NCBI GenBank assembly: GCA_965267575.1
Contig: OZ254086.1
Span: 3,104,001 to 3,168,000 of the forward strand
Direction: 5' to 3'
Origin: Calditrichales bacterium
Lineage (GTDB): Bacteria; Calditrichota; Calditrichia; Calditrichales; J004
DNA: 64,000 bases
Below are positions 30,403-40,279 of this stretch, piece by piece. A model generated the notes under the pieces. The model made no database searches. It was not told the origin of the DNA and saw only the letters and a program-made list of their open reading frames with translations. How positions within the stretch are numbered: position 1 is the first letter of the stretch; the number at the start of each line of letters is the position of its first letter. Position numbers and translations under genes: made by a program.

Positions 30403-30525
30403 AAGGTAAATTTAATACTCTTACCCGCAAAACGCCATAACATATTGGCGTATTAAGTCCCGAAAGGGAGAGCATTTTTTTGTTTTCTGAGATACCCTAT
30501 ATTAAAAGCCTACTCAGGGGATGGA

Positions 30526-30849
30526 ATGATCAGAACAATATCTATCAGCATTGCGGGCGCCTTGGCGTTGTGTATTTTATGGTATTTAATGGGTGTCTAT
30601 AGCCCATATTTTCATTTTATGCTCGTTCCCTGGTGGATTGCCGTTTACGGCTGTGCGCGTTTATGTGCCGGTACGGGCGCTAAAGGGTACGAGAGGCGCG
30701 GGGCAGGTTTTCTTTTCCTGTTTTTTCTGATAACCGTGATTATGATGTCCGAAGAAATGGAGCTTCTGCAATACGTGGCGGCTCTATTGCCGGTGCCCTT
30801 TTTAATAACCTCTGCGGCCAACCGCGAAAAAAAGCGCCACGGGCTTTAA
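30526..30849 (+). CDS. Hypothetical small membrane protein
   Basis: 107 aa, 3-4 hydrophobic segments, SD-like AGGGGA. Confidence 0.55.
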   Translation: MIRTISISIAGALALCILWYLMGVYSPYFHFMLVPWWIAVYGCARLCAGTGAKGYERRGAGFLFLFFLITVIMMSEEMELLQYVAALLPVPFLITSAANREKKRHGL

Positions 30850-30878
30850 CGATTGTCTCACCGGAAAACGAGGTTTTG

Positions 30879-31547
30879 ATGGCAAAACAAAAATTTATCC
30901 CACTTGACATGTACCGCGAATATCACGTTGATCAGATGCTTGAGCGGGCCAAAGCCAATTACGAAGAAGTACGCAGGCGACGCACTGTGCGGCAGTTCTC
31001 GGACCGGCCGGTGTCGAGGGAGATAATCGAAAATTGTATAAAAGCTGCCGGGACTGCGCCCAGCGGTGCCAATTTGCAGCCCTGGCATTTTGTCGCCGTT
31101 TCCGATGCGGCAATCAAAAAAGAAATACGTGAAAAAGCGGAAGAAGAGGAGTACGCGTTTTACCACCAGCGTGCCCCCGAAGAATGGCTGGAAGATTTGC
31201 AGCCATTTGAGACCAACGAAAATAAGCCATTTCTGGAGACCGCCCCCTGGCTGATCGCCGTTTTTGAACAGCGCTATGGCCTGAACGAGGATGGCAGCAG
31301 GAAAAAGCACTATTATGTTACGGAATCCGTGGGGCTGGCTACCGGGCTGCTGATAAACGCCGTTCACCACTCAGGACTTGTTTCGCTTACGCACACACCC
31401 AGCCCGATGAAGTTTCTGAATGATATTTTAAAGCGGCCTCAGAACGAAAAACCGTTCCTGTTACTGGTCGTTGGTTATCCTGCAAAAGACACCCGCGTGC
31501 CGGATATCGGTCGTAAGAATCTGAACGAAATAGCGACTTTTTTATAA
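30879..31547 (+). CDS. Nitroreductase-fold flavoprotein, iodotyrosine deiodinase-like
   Basis: [51 protein letters not shown]. Confidence 0.85.
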   Translation: MAKQKFIPLDMYREYHVDQMLERAKANYEEVRRRRTVRQFSDRPVSREIIENCIKAAGTAPSGANLQPWHFVAVSDAAIKKEIREKAEEEEYAFYHQRAPEEWLEDLQPFETNENKPFLETAPWLIAVFEQRYGLNEDGSRKKHYYVTESVGLATGLLINAVHHSGLVSLTHTPSPMKFLNDILKRPQNEKPFLLLVVGYPAKDTRVPDIGRKNLNEIATFL

Positions 31548-31560
31548 CGCGGTGCGATTG

Positions 31561-32436
31561 TCAGGAATGACTCAGCAGGGCTTTCAGCAGGTCAAAATCT
31601 TCGTCTGAGTGAACGCGGGCTCTGGTCTCCGCTTCCAATATTTCCATGGCATTCTCCAGGTCAATGGATGGGCGGTAAGGCCTTGATGAAATGAGCGCGA
31701 TAAAACGGTCACACAGCCGAATCCAACGGCTTTCTTCAAAGTGCGGCACCAGGCCAAACGGGTAACCGTTTTTTTTGTCCCGTTCGTGATGCTCTTGCGC
31801 CAGCAGTACACTTTTGTTATCCGCACTCCCCGTATAATAGCACAGAAGCAATGCGCTGAACAGCGGATGCTGATAGATATATTGCCGCTCGTCATCATCA
31901 AGAAAGGAGTGTTTTTCAATAATAAAAAGGGGCACGCGGCTCATGCCGCAATTGTGCAGTAAACCAGCGATCGTAACCTGAGGATCGGGAGGCGCATTGC
32001 TTTTCAGGAAGCGCATGTAGCTTATGAGCAGCGTAACCGCCAGGGTATTATGGTAAAAGTAGGGAAATGTGCTCAACCACTCCATCTCGCGAACCATAAG
32101 AATGTTGACGCGGGTGGCTTTTAGCGCTTCGTCGATTTGGGGCGGCAGGTTGCGAAGAAAGGCATACGTGGGTTTTGCCTGTAGAAGCATCATGTGTTTC
32201 CATATTTTTCCTGTACCCAGCTCCGTTTGCTGCTCCCGCTCCGGATTGGGGATGGCGGCAATACGCTTGAAAAGTGTCTCGTCGACCGCTTCGCCCTTGC
32301 GGGCTATGACGTTTTTATCAACCGCGGTGATGTGGCAGCGAAGTTTTTGCTTTTTTGTACGCACTAAGGTAAACATGGGCACGTTCCCGTCTTTTAAAAG
32401 AGGTATCGGATATTTTGACGGGTGAATAAAGGGCAT
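31561..32436 (-). CDS. HD-GYP-like protein, degenerate
   Basis: AGLLHNCG (HN in place of HD), QHP, HHERDKKNGYP, CDRFIAL, RPYR. Confidence 0.75.
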   Translation of the reverse strand: MPFIHPSKYPIPLLKDGNVPMFTLVRTKKQKLRCHITAVDKNVIARKGEAVDETLFKRIAAIPNPEREQQTELGTGKIWKHMMLLQAKPTYAFLRNLPPQIDEALKATRVNILMVREMEWLSTFPYFYHNTLAVTLLISYMRFLKSNAPPDPQVTIAGLLHNCGMSRVPLFIIEKHSFLDDDERQYIYQHPLFSALLLCYYTGSADNKSVLLAQEHHERDKKNGYPFGLVPHFEESRWIRLCDRFIALISSRPYRPSIDLENAMEILEAETRARVHSDEDFDLLKALLSHS

Positions 32437-32558
32437 ACGTATCTTGGTATACTTCTGAACCTTTTTACGGTCAATTCCTGCTCATTTGGGCGAATCGGAA
32501 GCCTTTTTCAAGGAAATAAGCTGATTGGATTTTCGTTTATGAGCGGCGAAAGGATAAA

Positions 32559-33524
32559 ATGATGACCATAATTATCGGATCCGGTATAAGCGGACTTTTT
32601 GCGGCGCAAACTCTGGCACGCGCCGGAAAAGCCGTAACCGTGCTGGACAAGGGAAGAGGACCGGGTGGTCGCGTTGCCAGCCGTGCTATGGACAACGGTG
32701 CGCGCATCGATTTCGGCGCGCAGTTTTTTACGATCCGGGATGATCGTTTTGCCGGGTGGGCGCGGGAATGGCAGAAAAAAGGTGTCATAAAGCCGTGGCC
32801 CGAAAAAATAAAAAATCTTGACGGACCGGACGACGACAGCGAGGACAAATTTATTGCGCCGGGCGGCTTACGCGATGTCGCCAAAGAGATGGCGCTTGGC
32901 CTTAATGTAAAGCAGCAAGTCGAGGTTTCGCGTATTATGCCGCTGGCTTCCGGATGGCAGGTTGAAAGTGCTGCTGGTGAGGTGTTTGAGGCTAATCAGA
33001 TCATCCTGACGGCACCTTTGCCGCAGGCATTGCAGTTACTGAAAGGCGCGCGCCTAAACATCCCGCATCACCTTTACAAGCCCTTTGCCGCAGTGAATTA
33101 CGATCCCTGCCTGACGCTGATGATAGAAGGCCATGTTAATGACGGACCGCCTTTTTTCACGCTGGACAATCATCCCGTGCAGCTGCTTGTTGACAATGGA
33201 GCGAAAGGGTTGGCGGAAGGGCAGCGGGCGATTACCATCAACACTTCAGCAGATTTCAGCAGGCAGGCCTGGGAGTGGGAGTCGGTAAGAATTGTCGGTT
33301 TTATTGAACAGGCTTTGGAGCCTTATTGTCGTTTAAATATCGACCGGGCGCATGTGCACCGCTGGCGCTATGCCCGCGTGCATAATCCTTTCCAAAAGGC
33401 GTTCGCCGATCTGGAGCAAAAAAATCCATTGCTGCTCGCGGGTGACGCTTTTGGCGGCCCGCGGATTGAACTGGCGGCGTTAAGCGGCATAAGCGCGGCA
33501 AGGCATTTGCTGGAGAAAGCATGA
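32559..33524 (+). CDS. Renalase-like NAD/FAD-dependent oxidoreductase
   Basis: GSGISG, DKGRGPGGR, DFGAQFFT, HRWRYA, AGD. Confidence 0.87.
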   Translation: MMTIIIGSGISGLFAAQTLARAGKAVTVLDKGRGPGGRVASRAMDNGARIDFGAQFFTIRDDRFAGWAREWQKKGVIKPWPEKIKNLDGPDDDSEDKFIAPGGLRDVAKEMALGLNVKQQVEVSRIMPLASGWQVESAAGEVFEANQIILTAPLPQALQLLKGARLNIPHHLYKPFAAVNYDPCLTLMIEGHVNDGPPFFTLDNHPVQLLVDNGAKGLAEGQRAITINTSADFSRQAWEWESVRIVGFIEQALEPYCRLNIDRAHVHRWRYARVHNPFQKAFADLEQKNPLLLAGDAFGGPRIELAALSGISAARHLLEKA

Positions 33525-34327
33525 AATCCACATTAACCTTCCTGTTTACGGCCGCTGCTATCTACCTGGTTTACGTGGCCTTGCTTTATTTCTTTCAACG
33601 TAAGCTGATTTATCCCGTCAGCATGCTGCCGGCACCTTCCGGCACGATTATAAATCCGGAAAATCAGCGCTTTATCCAGGCCGGTGACAATGCAATCGAC
33701 ACCAGGTTTTATCTGCCTGACAGCGCAGCGAACGTACCTTTGCTGATAATCGCCCACGGCAATGCATCGCGCGTGGAAGACTGGGAAGCGGTTATTGGGC
33801 CGGCGTTGCGAATGGGCATGGCGGTGCTTTTGGTTGAATACCCCGGTTACGGAAGATCTGAGGGCCAGCCGTCACAACAATCGATACAACAGGCTTTTGA
33901 AGCTGCTTACGATTTTTACACGGCCATGGAGGGCATTGACAGCAACCGCGTGGTCTATCTCGGACGCTCCCTTGGAGGGGGCGTTGTCTGCCAGCTTAGC
34001 CGGACACGTAGGGCAAACGCGCTTATCCTCGTATCTACCTTTACCTCTTTAAAAGCCTTCGCGCCGGGATATGGCGTTCCTGCTTTTCTTCTGCGCGATA
34101 CTTATGATAGCGTGAATGCTTTGAGGGAGTTTGGCGGACCCGTTTTTGTAATCCACGGCAGTGAAGACCGCACGATACCTGTTGCGCATGCCCGGGCTTT
34201 GCGCGAACTTAAGGCCGTTGTGCGCTACAAGGAGTATCAGAGTCATCACAACAATACCCCGCCGGACTGGTCAGATTTTTGGAGCCAAATAGAGCTGTTT
34301 CTCCGCGAAAACAGAATACTTGGATAA
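33521..34327 (+). CDS. Alpha/beta hydrolase (ABHD/BEM46-like)
   Basis: N-terminal TM, HGNA, EYPGYG, GRSLG, HGSEDRTIP. Confidence 0.87.
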   Translation: MKSTLTFLFTAAAIYLVYVALLYFFQRKLIYPVSMLPAPSGTIINPENQRFIQAGDNAIDTRFYLPDSAANVPLLIIAHGNASRVEDWEAVIGPALRMGMAVLLVEYPGYGRSEGQPSQQSIQQAFEAAYDFYTAMEGIDSNRVVYLGRSLGGGVVCQLSRTRRANALILVSTFTSLKAFAPGYGVPAFLLRDTYDSVNALREFGGPVFVIHGSEDRTIPVAHARALRELKAVVRYKEYQSHHNNTPPDWSDFWSQIELFLRENRILG

Positions 34328-34398
34328 ATTGAAATAAATGTCTGGCAGCAATGGTTGAAAGCTGCGTTTTTATTGAATTTTGATATCAGGCGGGAGTT

Positions 34399-35910
34399 AT
34401 GAAGAAAAAAATCGTTGTGATCGGATCAGGGTTTGGCGGACTTGCGGCGGCCAATCGTCTTGCTGCAAAAGGGTTTGATGTACATCTCATTGAGAAGCGC
34501 GACAAGCTGGGCGGCAGGGCTTACCAGTACGAGATAAACGGCTTTAAATTTGACGGCGGACCCACCGTTATCACCGCGCCTTATATTTTTGATGAGATAT
34601 TCGAAGCGGCCGGCAAAAAGCGCGATGACTATTTTAAGCTTGTTCCGCTGGACCCTTTTTACCGTCTGTTTAATTCCAAAGGTGATTATTTCGACTACTG
34701 CCATAAACGCCAAGATATGATTGAGCAGATCAGGCGCTGGAACCCCGATGATGTTAAAGGTTATGAAAGATTTGAACGCCAGACCCAGAAAATATTCAAC
34801 CTTTTCCACCCCTATACAGACCAGCCGTTCTTAAAGTTCTCCAAAATGATGAATATCATCCCTGATGTCATTCGTTTGAACGGTTACCGCGGCACATACG
34901 GTTTTGTCAGCAAATACATCAAAAACGACTTCCTGCGTCGCTGCTTTTCGTTTCATCCGCTGTTGGTGGGCGGCAACCCGTTTGACACGCCGTCCCTATA
35001 CACGCTCATTGTGCAATTCGAAAAAGAGTGGGGCGTGCATTACGCCATCGGCGGAACAGGTGCGATCGTGGAGGGGTTAGGTAAACTTTTCCTGGACCTG
35101 GGTGGAAGAATTTCACTTGGAAGCGAAGTTAAGGAAATCAATATCGAAGGCCGTAAAGTAAAAGGCGTCGTGCTGGAAGACGGCACTTTTGAAGAAGCCG
35201 ATTACGTGGTCTGCAACGGCGACGTTCCGTTTACTTATAAAAACCTGATCAAAGCAGAGCACCGCCGCAAGTTTACAGACACCAAAATTGACAATATGAA
35301 ATACAGCATGTCCCTTTTTGTAATCTATTTCGGTACAAAAAGACGCTATACGGACAGCAAACTGTCCCATCACAATATTATTCTGAACAAGCGCTATAAG
35401 GGCTTGCTGAAAGATATTTTCCGCGCCGACAAAGGCCTGCCGGAAGATTTTTCACTCTACCTGCACATGCCCACCATAACCGATACATCGATCGCTCCTC
35501 CGGGAACGGAATCGTTTTACGTTTTATCGCTTGTGCCAAACCTCGGTTCGGATATAGATTGGGAAAAAATGGCCAAACCATACCGGGACCGCATCATGCA
35601 GTTTCTGGAAGACAATTTCCTGCCGGACCTGCAGAAAAACATCATTGCCGAGCATTATATCGATCCGCTGCATTTCCGCAATACTTTAAACAGTGAAAAC
35701 GGATCGGCATTCTCGGTGAAGCCCACGCTAACCCAAAGCGCCTATTTCCGCCCGCACAACCGTTCCGAAGAGTTTGATAATCTTTACTTTGTCGGGGCCG
35801 GAACACATCCCGGCGCCGGCGTGCCCGCCGTCCTGTCATCCGGTAAAATAGCCGCAGAACTTATTCTGGAAGGTGAAAAAGAGTCTCTGTATGAGCAACA
35901 ACCTGCATAA
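34399..35910 (+). CDS. crtI: Phytoene desaturase family protein
   Basis: GSGFGG, GGRA, FDGGPTVIT, FHPLLVGGNP, SLYLH, LYFVGAGTHPGAGVP. Confidence 0.9.
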   Translation: MKKKIVVIGSGFGGLAAANRLAAKGFDVHLIEKRDKLGGRAYQYEINGFKFDGGPTVITAPYIFDEIFEAAGKKRDDYFKLVPLDPFYRLFNSKGDYFDYCHKRQDMIEQIRRWNPDDVKGYERFERQTQKIFNLFHPYTDQPFLKFSKMMNIIPDVIRLNGYRGTYGFVSKYIKNDFLRRCFSFHPLLVGGNPFDTPSLYTLIVQFEKEWGVHYAIGGTGAIVEGLGKLFLDLGGRISLGSEVKEINIEGRKVKGVVLEDGTFEEADYVVCNGDVPFTYKNLIKAEHRRKFTDTKIDNMKYSMSLFVIYFGTKRRYTDSKLSHHNIILNKRYKGLLKDIFRADKGLPEDFSLYLHMPTITDTSIAPPGTESFYVLSLVPNLGSDIDWEKMAKPYRDRIMQFLEDNFLPDLQKNIIAEHYIDPLHFRNTLNSENGSAFSVKPTLTQSAYFRPHNRSEEFDNLYFVGAGTHPGAGVPAVLSSGKIAAELILEGEKESLYEQQPA

Positions 35911-37315
35911 AAAAGCTATGGAGACGGGCTTCGGCAACAGCCCGCAGGAGCTTGAAATAAACGATGTGCCGGTTCAGGGCGAGGTCCCTTCCTGGCTGAA
36001 AGGTACGCTTCTGCGCAACGGGCCCGGTGCTTTTAGCCTGGAGCATCAGCAGCTGCGTCACTGGTTCGACGGTCTGGCCATGCTGCACCGCTTTTCTTTT
36101 GATAACGGGCGCGTCTCGTACTCTAACCGATATCTGGAAAGCGATGCGGTAAATGCGGCGCGCAAAGAGGGGCGCATCTCCTACAGTGAATTTGCCACCG
36201 ATCCCTGCCGTTCGCTGTTCAAGCGCATGACGGCCGTTTTTGACCAGAGGCTGACCGACAGCGCCAAGGTGAACATTGCCAGATTCAGCGATCGTTTCCT
36301 GGCCCTTGGTGAAACTCCCATGCAGATAGAGTTTGATCCCCGGACGTTGCATAAGACCGGGACATTTATGTACGACCCGCAGGAAACGCAGCATGTGACC
36401 ACCGTGCATCCCCATTTTGACGCGGAGGGTAACGCCTACAACCTGGTAACAAATTTCGACCGGGTCAGCGAATATCGCATTATGCGCGTCCGGCCGAACG
36501 GAGAGAGGCAGATTGTTGCGCGGCACAAAGTTACTTTCCCTGGATACATTCACAGCTGGGGTATGAGTGAAAGGCACTTTATCCTGGTGGAGTATCCTTT
36601 TGTGGTGTATCCGCTTAAACTTCTTTTTCAGCTTAAGCCTTTTATAGAAAACTTTTCATGGAAGCCGTCTCGTGGGACACGCATTTTCGTTTTTGACAGA
36701 TCGGGCGGTGCTCTGAAAAAGGAAATCAAAACAGATGCCTTTTTTGCCTTTCACCATTTAAATGCCTGGGAAGAAGGCAGCGAGCTTGTTTTTGATTTAA
36801 ATACGTACAAAGATGCCTCAATCATCAGCGCTTTTTATCTGGATCGCCTCAAGGACAAAACAGCAAAGCTGCCGCTCGGGCATATGGACCGTTTTCGTAT
36901 TAATCTGGAGAACGGTGCGTTGCAGCGGAAACGGCTCAGCGATGCCAATATCGAATTGGCGCGTTATGACGACGAACGCTTCTATCTCAAGTCCGGATAC
37001 CGCTACATCTACGGTGTTTCGGTAAATACGGAGGCCCACAGCAGCTTTTATAATCAAATCGTTCGCATCGACGCGCAGACGGGTGAATCCCGCAGCTGGT
37101 ATGAGGAAGGCTGCTATCCCGGTGAGCCCGTTTACGTTGCCCGTCCCGGTGGCACGGATGAGCAGGATGGCGTAGTCCTGTCCGTTGTGCTGGACGCCAA
37201 AAGGGGGCAATCGTTTTTACTTCTGCTGGATGCCGCTGACTTTTGCGAGCGCACCCGCGCGGTTATATCGCAGCCAGTTCTTTTTGGCTATCACGGGGGC
37301 TATTACCCCGATTAG
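35891..37315 (+). CDS. Carotenoid cleavage dioxygenase (RPE65/CCD family)
   Basis: RNGPG, HWFDG, SEFATDPC, four Fe-binding His (TVHPH, YIHSW, FHHLNA, GYHG), EPVYV; start ATG 35891 overlaps crtI. Confidence 0.9.
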   Translation: MSNNLHKKAMETGFGNSPQELEINDVPVQGEVPSWLKGTLLRNGPGAFSLEHQQLRHWFDGLAMLHRFSFDNGRVSYSNRYLESDAVNAARKEGRISYSEFATDPCRSLFKRMTAVFDQRLTDSAKVNIARFSDRFLALGETPMQIEFDPRTLHKTGTFMYDPQETQHVTTVHPHFDAEGNAYNLVTNFDRVSEYRIMRVRPNGERQIVARHKVTFPGYIHSWGMSERHFILVEYPFVVYPLKLLFQLKPFIENFSWKPSRGTRIFVFDRSGGALKKEIKTDAFFAFHHLNAWEEGSELVFDLNTYKDASIISAFYLDRLKDKTAKLPLGHMDRFRINLENGALQRKRLSDANIELARYDDERFYLKSGYRYIYGVSVNTEAHSSFYNQIVRIDAQTGESRSWYEEGCYPGEPVYVARPGGTDEQDGVVLSVVLDAKRGQSFLLLLDAADFCERTRAVISQPVLFGYHGGYYPD

Positions 37316-37372
37316 GGCAGGAAAAATCACTCCTAATTTTGTAGATTGCGTTCCTGTTTTAGCAGAGGCGCA

Positions 37373-39124
37373 ATGTTTTCCCGTTTTTTATTTTTCGATC
37401 GTGACAGAAACCGCTGGCTGGATTTTAGCCGGACTAAAAAAACGTTCCGGGCCTGGAGCGTTTCTGAGGTGGCTAAAGGGTTGGAATGGGCTGACCACAT
37501 GCTTGGCGCAGGCTATACCGTCGCCGGATTTATCAGCTATGAAGCGGCCCCGGCCATGGATGAATCGTACAAAACTTATCCCGCGCAGGAAGGCCTGCCT
37601 TTGGTGTTTTTTGTCGCCTGCCGCGATGTAAAGTTTTTACAATCACTTCCCCGTGAAAACGAACGCGCCTTTTCTTTTGAACCCTGGCAGCCGGATATAA
37701 GCCGCGATAATTATCTCAATGTCATCGGACGAATCAAGGATTACATTGAGCAGGGTGATACTTACCAGGTTAACTATACATTTCGTCTGAAAAGCCGTTT
37801 AAGCGGGGACAGCTTCGCCATGTTCCGCAAAGTTCTTAGCGCCCAACCCGGCGCTTATGCCGCCTATCTGGAAACGGATAATTACGTGCTGGCTTCCTTT
37901 ACGCCGGAGTTGTTTTTCAGCCTGGAAAACGAAGAGCTGTTGATGCGGCCAATGAAAGGCACCATGCATCGCGGACTGACGGCGTCGGATGACCGGCAAT
38001 TGGCGCGTGCTCTGGAATTGTCCGAAAAAGACCAGGCCGAAAACCTGATGATCGTCGATATGGTGCGCAATGACCTGGGCCGTGTGGCGCGACCCGGAAG
38101 CGTTCAGGTGCCCCGTCTTCTGCGCGTCGAGAAATATCCCACGGTGTGGCAGATGACCAGCGATGTGTCTGCACAGAGCGACGCTCCCTTCAGCACGATC
38201 ATCAGCAGTTTGTTCCCCTGCGCCTCGATCACGGGAGCGCCAAAAGCACGCACCATGGAGATTATTAACGAGCTGGAAACTACCCCGCGAGGTATTTATA
38301 CGGGCAGTATCGGCTACGTGACGCCACAGCGGCGGGCCTGTTTTAGCGTGGCCATTCGAACGGTCGTGGTCAACCGGCAAACGTCTGAAGCGGTTTATGG
38401 GGTGGGCAGCGGCATTGTTTGGGACAGTGCCGGCGAAAACGAGTATGAAGAGTGCCGCGTTAAAAGCCGCGTGCTGACGCGTGAAGCGCCTGATGATTTT
38501 GCTTTGCTGGAGACCATGCTGTGGGAAAAGGACAACGGCATTTACCTGCGTGATTATCATTTGCAGCGCCTGGCAGAAAGCGCAGCTTATTTTGATTTTA
38601 TTTATCCGCAAACCAAAATCGATGAAGCGTTGTCCGCCATTAGCGGGGAAACGGGCCAACGACTAAAGCTGCGCCTGCTGTTGTACAAAAGCGGCCGCTT
38701 TGAGCTTCAACAAGACGCCTTGTCGGCGGGCAGCGATGAAAATGCCGTGACGTGCATCGTCCTGCCGCAAGCCGTAAACAGCAATGATCCTTTCCTGTAC
38801 CATAAAACCACCAACCGCCCTGTATACGATAAGGCGCTGCAGGCCGCGAAAAAGGCCGCTGCCGACGACGCGATCCTGCTGAATGAAAAAGGGGAGATTA
38901 CTGAAAGCTGCATCGCGAATGTTGTACTGGAGCTTGATGGCAAACTGCTGACGCCGCCCATAAGCTGCGGCCTCTTGAGCGGCACGTACCGCCGTTACCT
39001 GTTTGACTGCGGCCGCCTGGAAGAGCAAATCCTTACGGTTGATGATCTGAAACGGGCGGAGAAGGTCTGGCTGATTAATTCCGTACGGCGCTGGCAAAAG
39101 GTGCGTGTTCTTTCCGTGATTTGA
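37373..39124 (+). CDS. pabB: Aminodeoxychorismate synthase component I fused to ADC lyase (class IV aminotransferase) domain
   Basis: YQVNYT, PMKGT, AENLMIVDMVRNDLG, SITGAPK, GSGIV; C-terminal HKTT, GLLSGT, NSVR. Confidence 0.9.
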   Translation: MFSRFLFFDRDRNRWLDFSRTKKTFRAWSVSEVAKGLEWADHMLGAGYTVAGFISYEAAPAMDESYKTYPAQEGLPLVFFVACRDVKFLQSLPRENERAFSFEPWQPDISRDNYLNVIGRIKDYIEQGDTYQVNYTFRLKSRLSGDSFAMFRKVLSAQPGAYAAYLETDNYVLASFTPELFFSLENEELLMRPMKGTMHRGLTASDDRQLARALELSEKDQAENLMIVDMVRNDLGRVARPGSVQVPRLLRVEKYPTVWQMTSDVSAQSDAPFSTIISSLFPCASITGAPKARTMEIINELETTPRGIYTGSIGYVTPQRRACFSVAIRTVVVNRQTSEAVYGVGSGIVWDSAGENEYEECRVKSRVLTREAPDDFALLETMLWEKDNGIYLRDYHLQRLAESAAYFDFIYPQTKIDEALSAISGETGQRLKLRLLLYKSGRFELQQDALSAGSDENAVTCIVLPQAVNSNDPFLYHKTTNRPVYDKALQAAKKAAADDAILLNEKGEITESCIANVVLELDGKLLTPPISCGLLSGTYRRYLFDCGRLEEQILTVDDLKRAEKVWLINSVRRWQKVRVLSVI

Positions 39125-39186
39125 CAGCTTTGCCCAACGGTTTTAGTTTAATAAACACCGTTTCAATCACTATGAGGGAAACAGTA

Positions 39187-39564
39187 ATGAGTAGCTCGGA
39201 AAAAATAAACATCGGCAAGCGCGAGAGGGTAAACAGGCTGATCTTAGGCATAGTAATGCTGCTGGCCGCCTTTGGGCTTGGCTGGTGGATTACAACGCAA
39301 AGTGTAGCCGGTTGGTTAATTGCCCTGTTTTTTATAGTTGTTTACCAGGGTGTTCGTTTTTTGCTCGACTTCCAGACCGGCACCTGTCCGCTAAAGGCAG
39401 AATTAGGGCAACGCAGGCTCGATGGCTTTTTTACAATCAGCGGAACCGCCATTGACGATAAACGCCTTGCCGATGATATCCGTGGCAAATCGCGCAGAGC
39501 ACTCATCCTGGCACTCTTTGTTGCCATAGCAGCAACGATGCTTGTGGCAACGGTCCCCGCCTGA
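39187..39564 (+). CDS. Hypothetical membrane protein
   Basis: SD GAGGGA; three hydrophobic helices; NIG..ER..R and QTGTCP motifs. Confidence 0.65.
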   Translation: MSSSEKINIGKRERVNRLILGIVMLLAAFGLGWWITTQSVAGWLIALFFIVVYQGVRFLLDFQTGTCPLKAELGQRRLDGFFTISGTAIDDKRLADDIRGKSRRALILALFVAIAATMLVATVPA

Positions 39565-39679
39565 ACCCTAAATTATCTTTTGTGAGTATCCACGTTTTTT
39601 TAGAAATTTAGAGACGATCGCACAGTCTGTTATATTGTAATCTTTTGGCGACCTATCAAATGATATACGAGGACGACTA

Positions 39680-40279
39680 ATGAAGCGCGCAGCCATTTTT
39701 CTCTTTTTGTTTTTGGCGTTTACTCTTTACGGGCAGGATTATCCACGGATTATACCCAAGGAGGAGTGGGGCGGCGAACCGCCTACGACTGAGATAGAGG
39801 AACAGACAATCAGCTATATTACAATTCATCACGGGGGTGTTTTTGTAGCAGAAGACAAAGATCCTGAGCAGTATCTGCAAAACCTGCAAAAATTCAGCAC
39901 CGCCGAAAAAGGCTGGATCGATATTCCCTATCATTACATGATTGATTTACAGGGCCGCGTGTATGAAGCCCGCCCGGAAAAATATCCCGGCGATACCAAT
40001 ACGGAGTACGACCCAAAAGGGCACCTGCTCATTTGTGTAATCGGAAATTATGAAGAACAGGAACCGGACAGCACGCAGATAGAATCCCTGGCCTGGATGA
40101 CGGCGTTTGCCGCTTACAAACACAGCCTTTCCCTGGATGTTGTGGCCTCGCATAAAGATTACTCCGGGCAAACAGTTTGTCCGGGAAAAAACCTGTATAA
40201 ATTTCTATCCGACAGTACATTGTTTAAAAAGGCATCCCTTTACCTTGAAAAGCTTCAAAAGGAGAAACCAAAATCATGA
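39680..40279 (+). CDS. Secreted N-acetylmuramoyl-L-alanine amidase (PGRP/Amidase_2)
   Basis: Signal peptide; ITIHH, GWIDIPYHY, SHKD, TVCPG zinc ligands. Confidence 0.88.
   Translation: MKRAAIFLFLFLAFTLYGQDYPRIIPKEEWGGEPPTTEIEEQTISYITIHHGGVFVAEDKDPEQYLQNLQKFSTAEKGWIDIPYHYMIDLQGRVYEARPEKYPGDTNTEYDPKGHLLICVIGNYEEQEPDSTQIESLAWMTAFAAYKHSLSLDVVASHKDYSGQTVCPGKNLYKFLSDSTLFKKASLYLEKLQKEKPKS

Noticed and set aside
30403..30525. Possible cobalamin riboswitch upstream of the BtuF-like gene
   Set aside because: Only small hairpins are present, with no recognisable B12-box or conserved core, and the gene looks leaderless.
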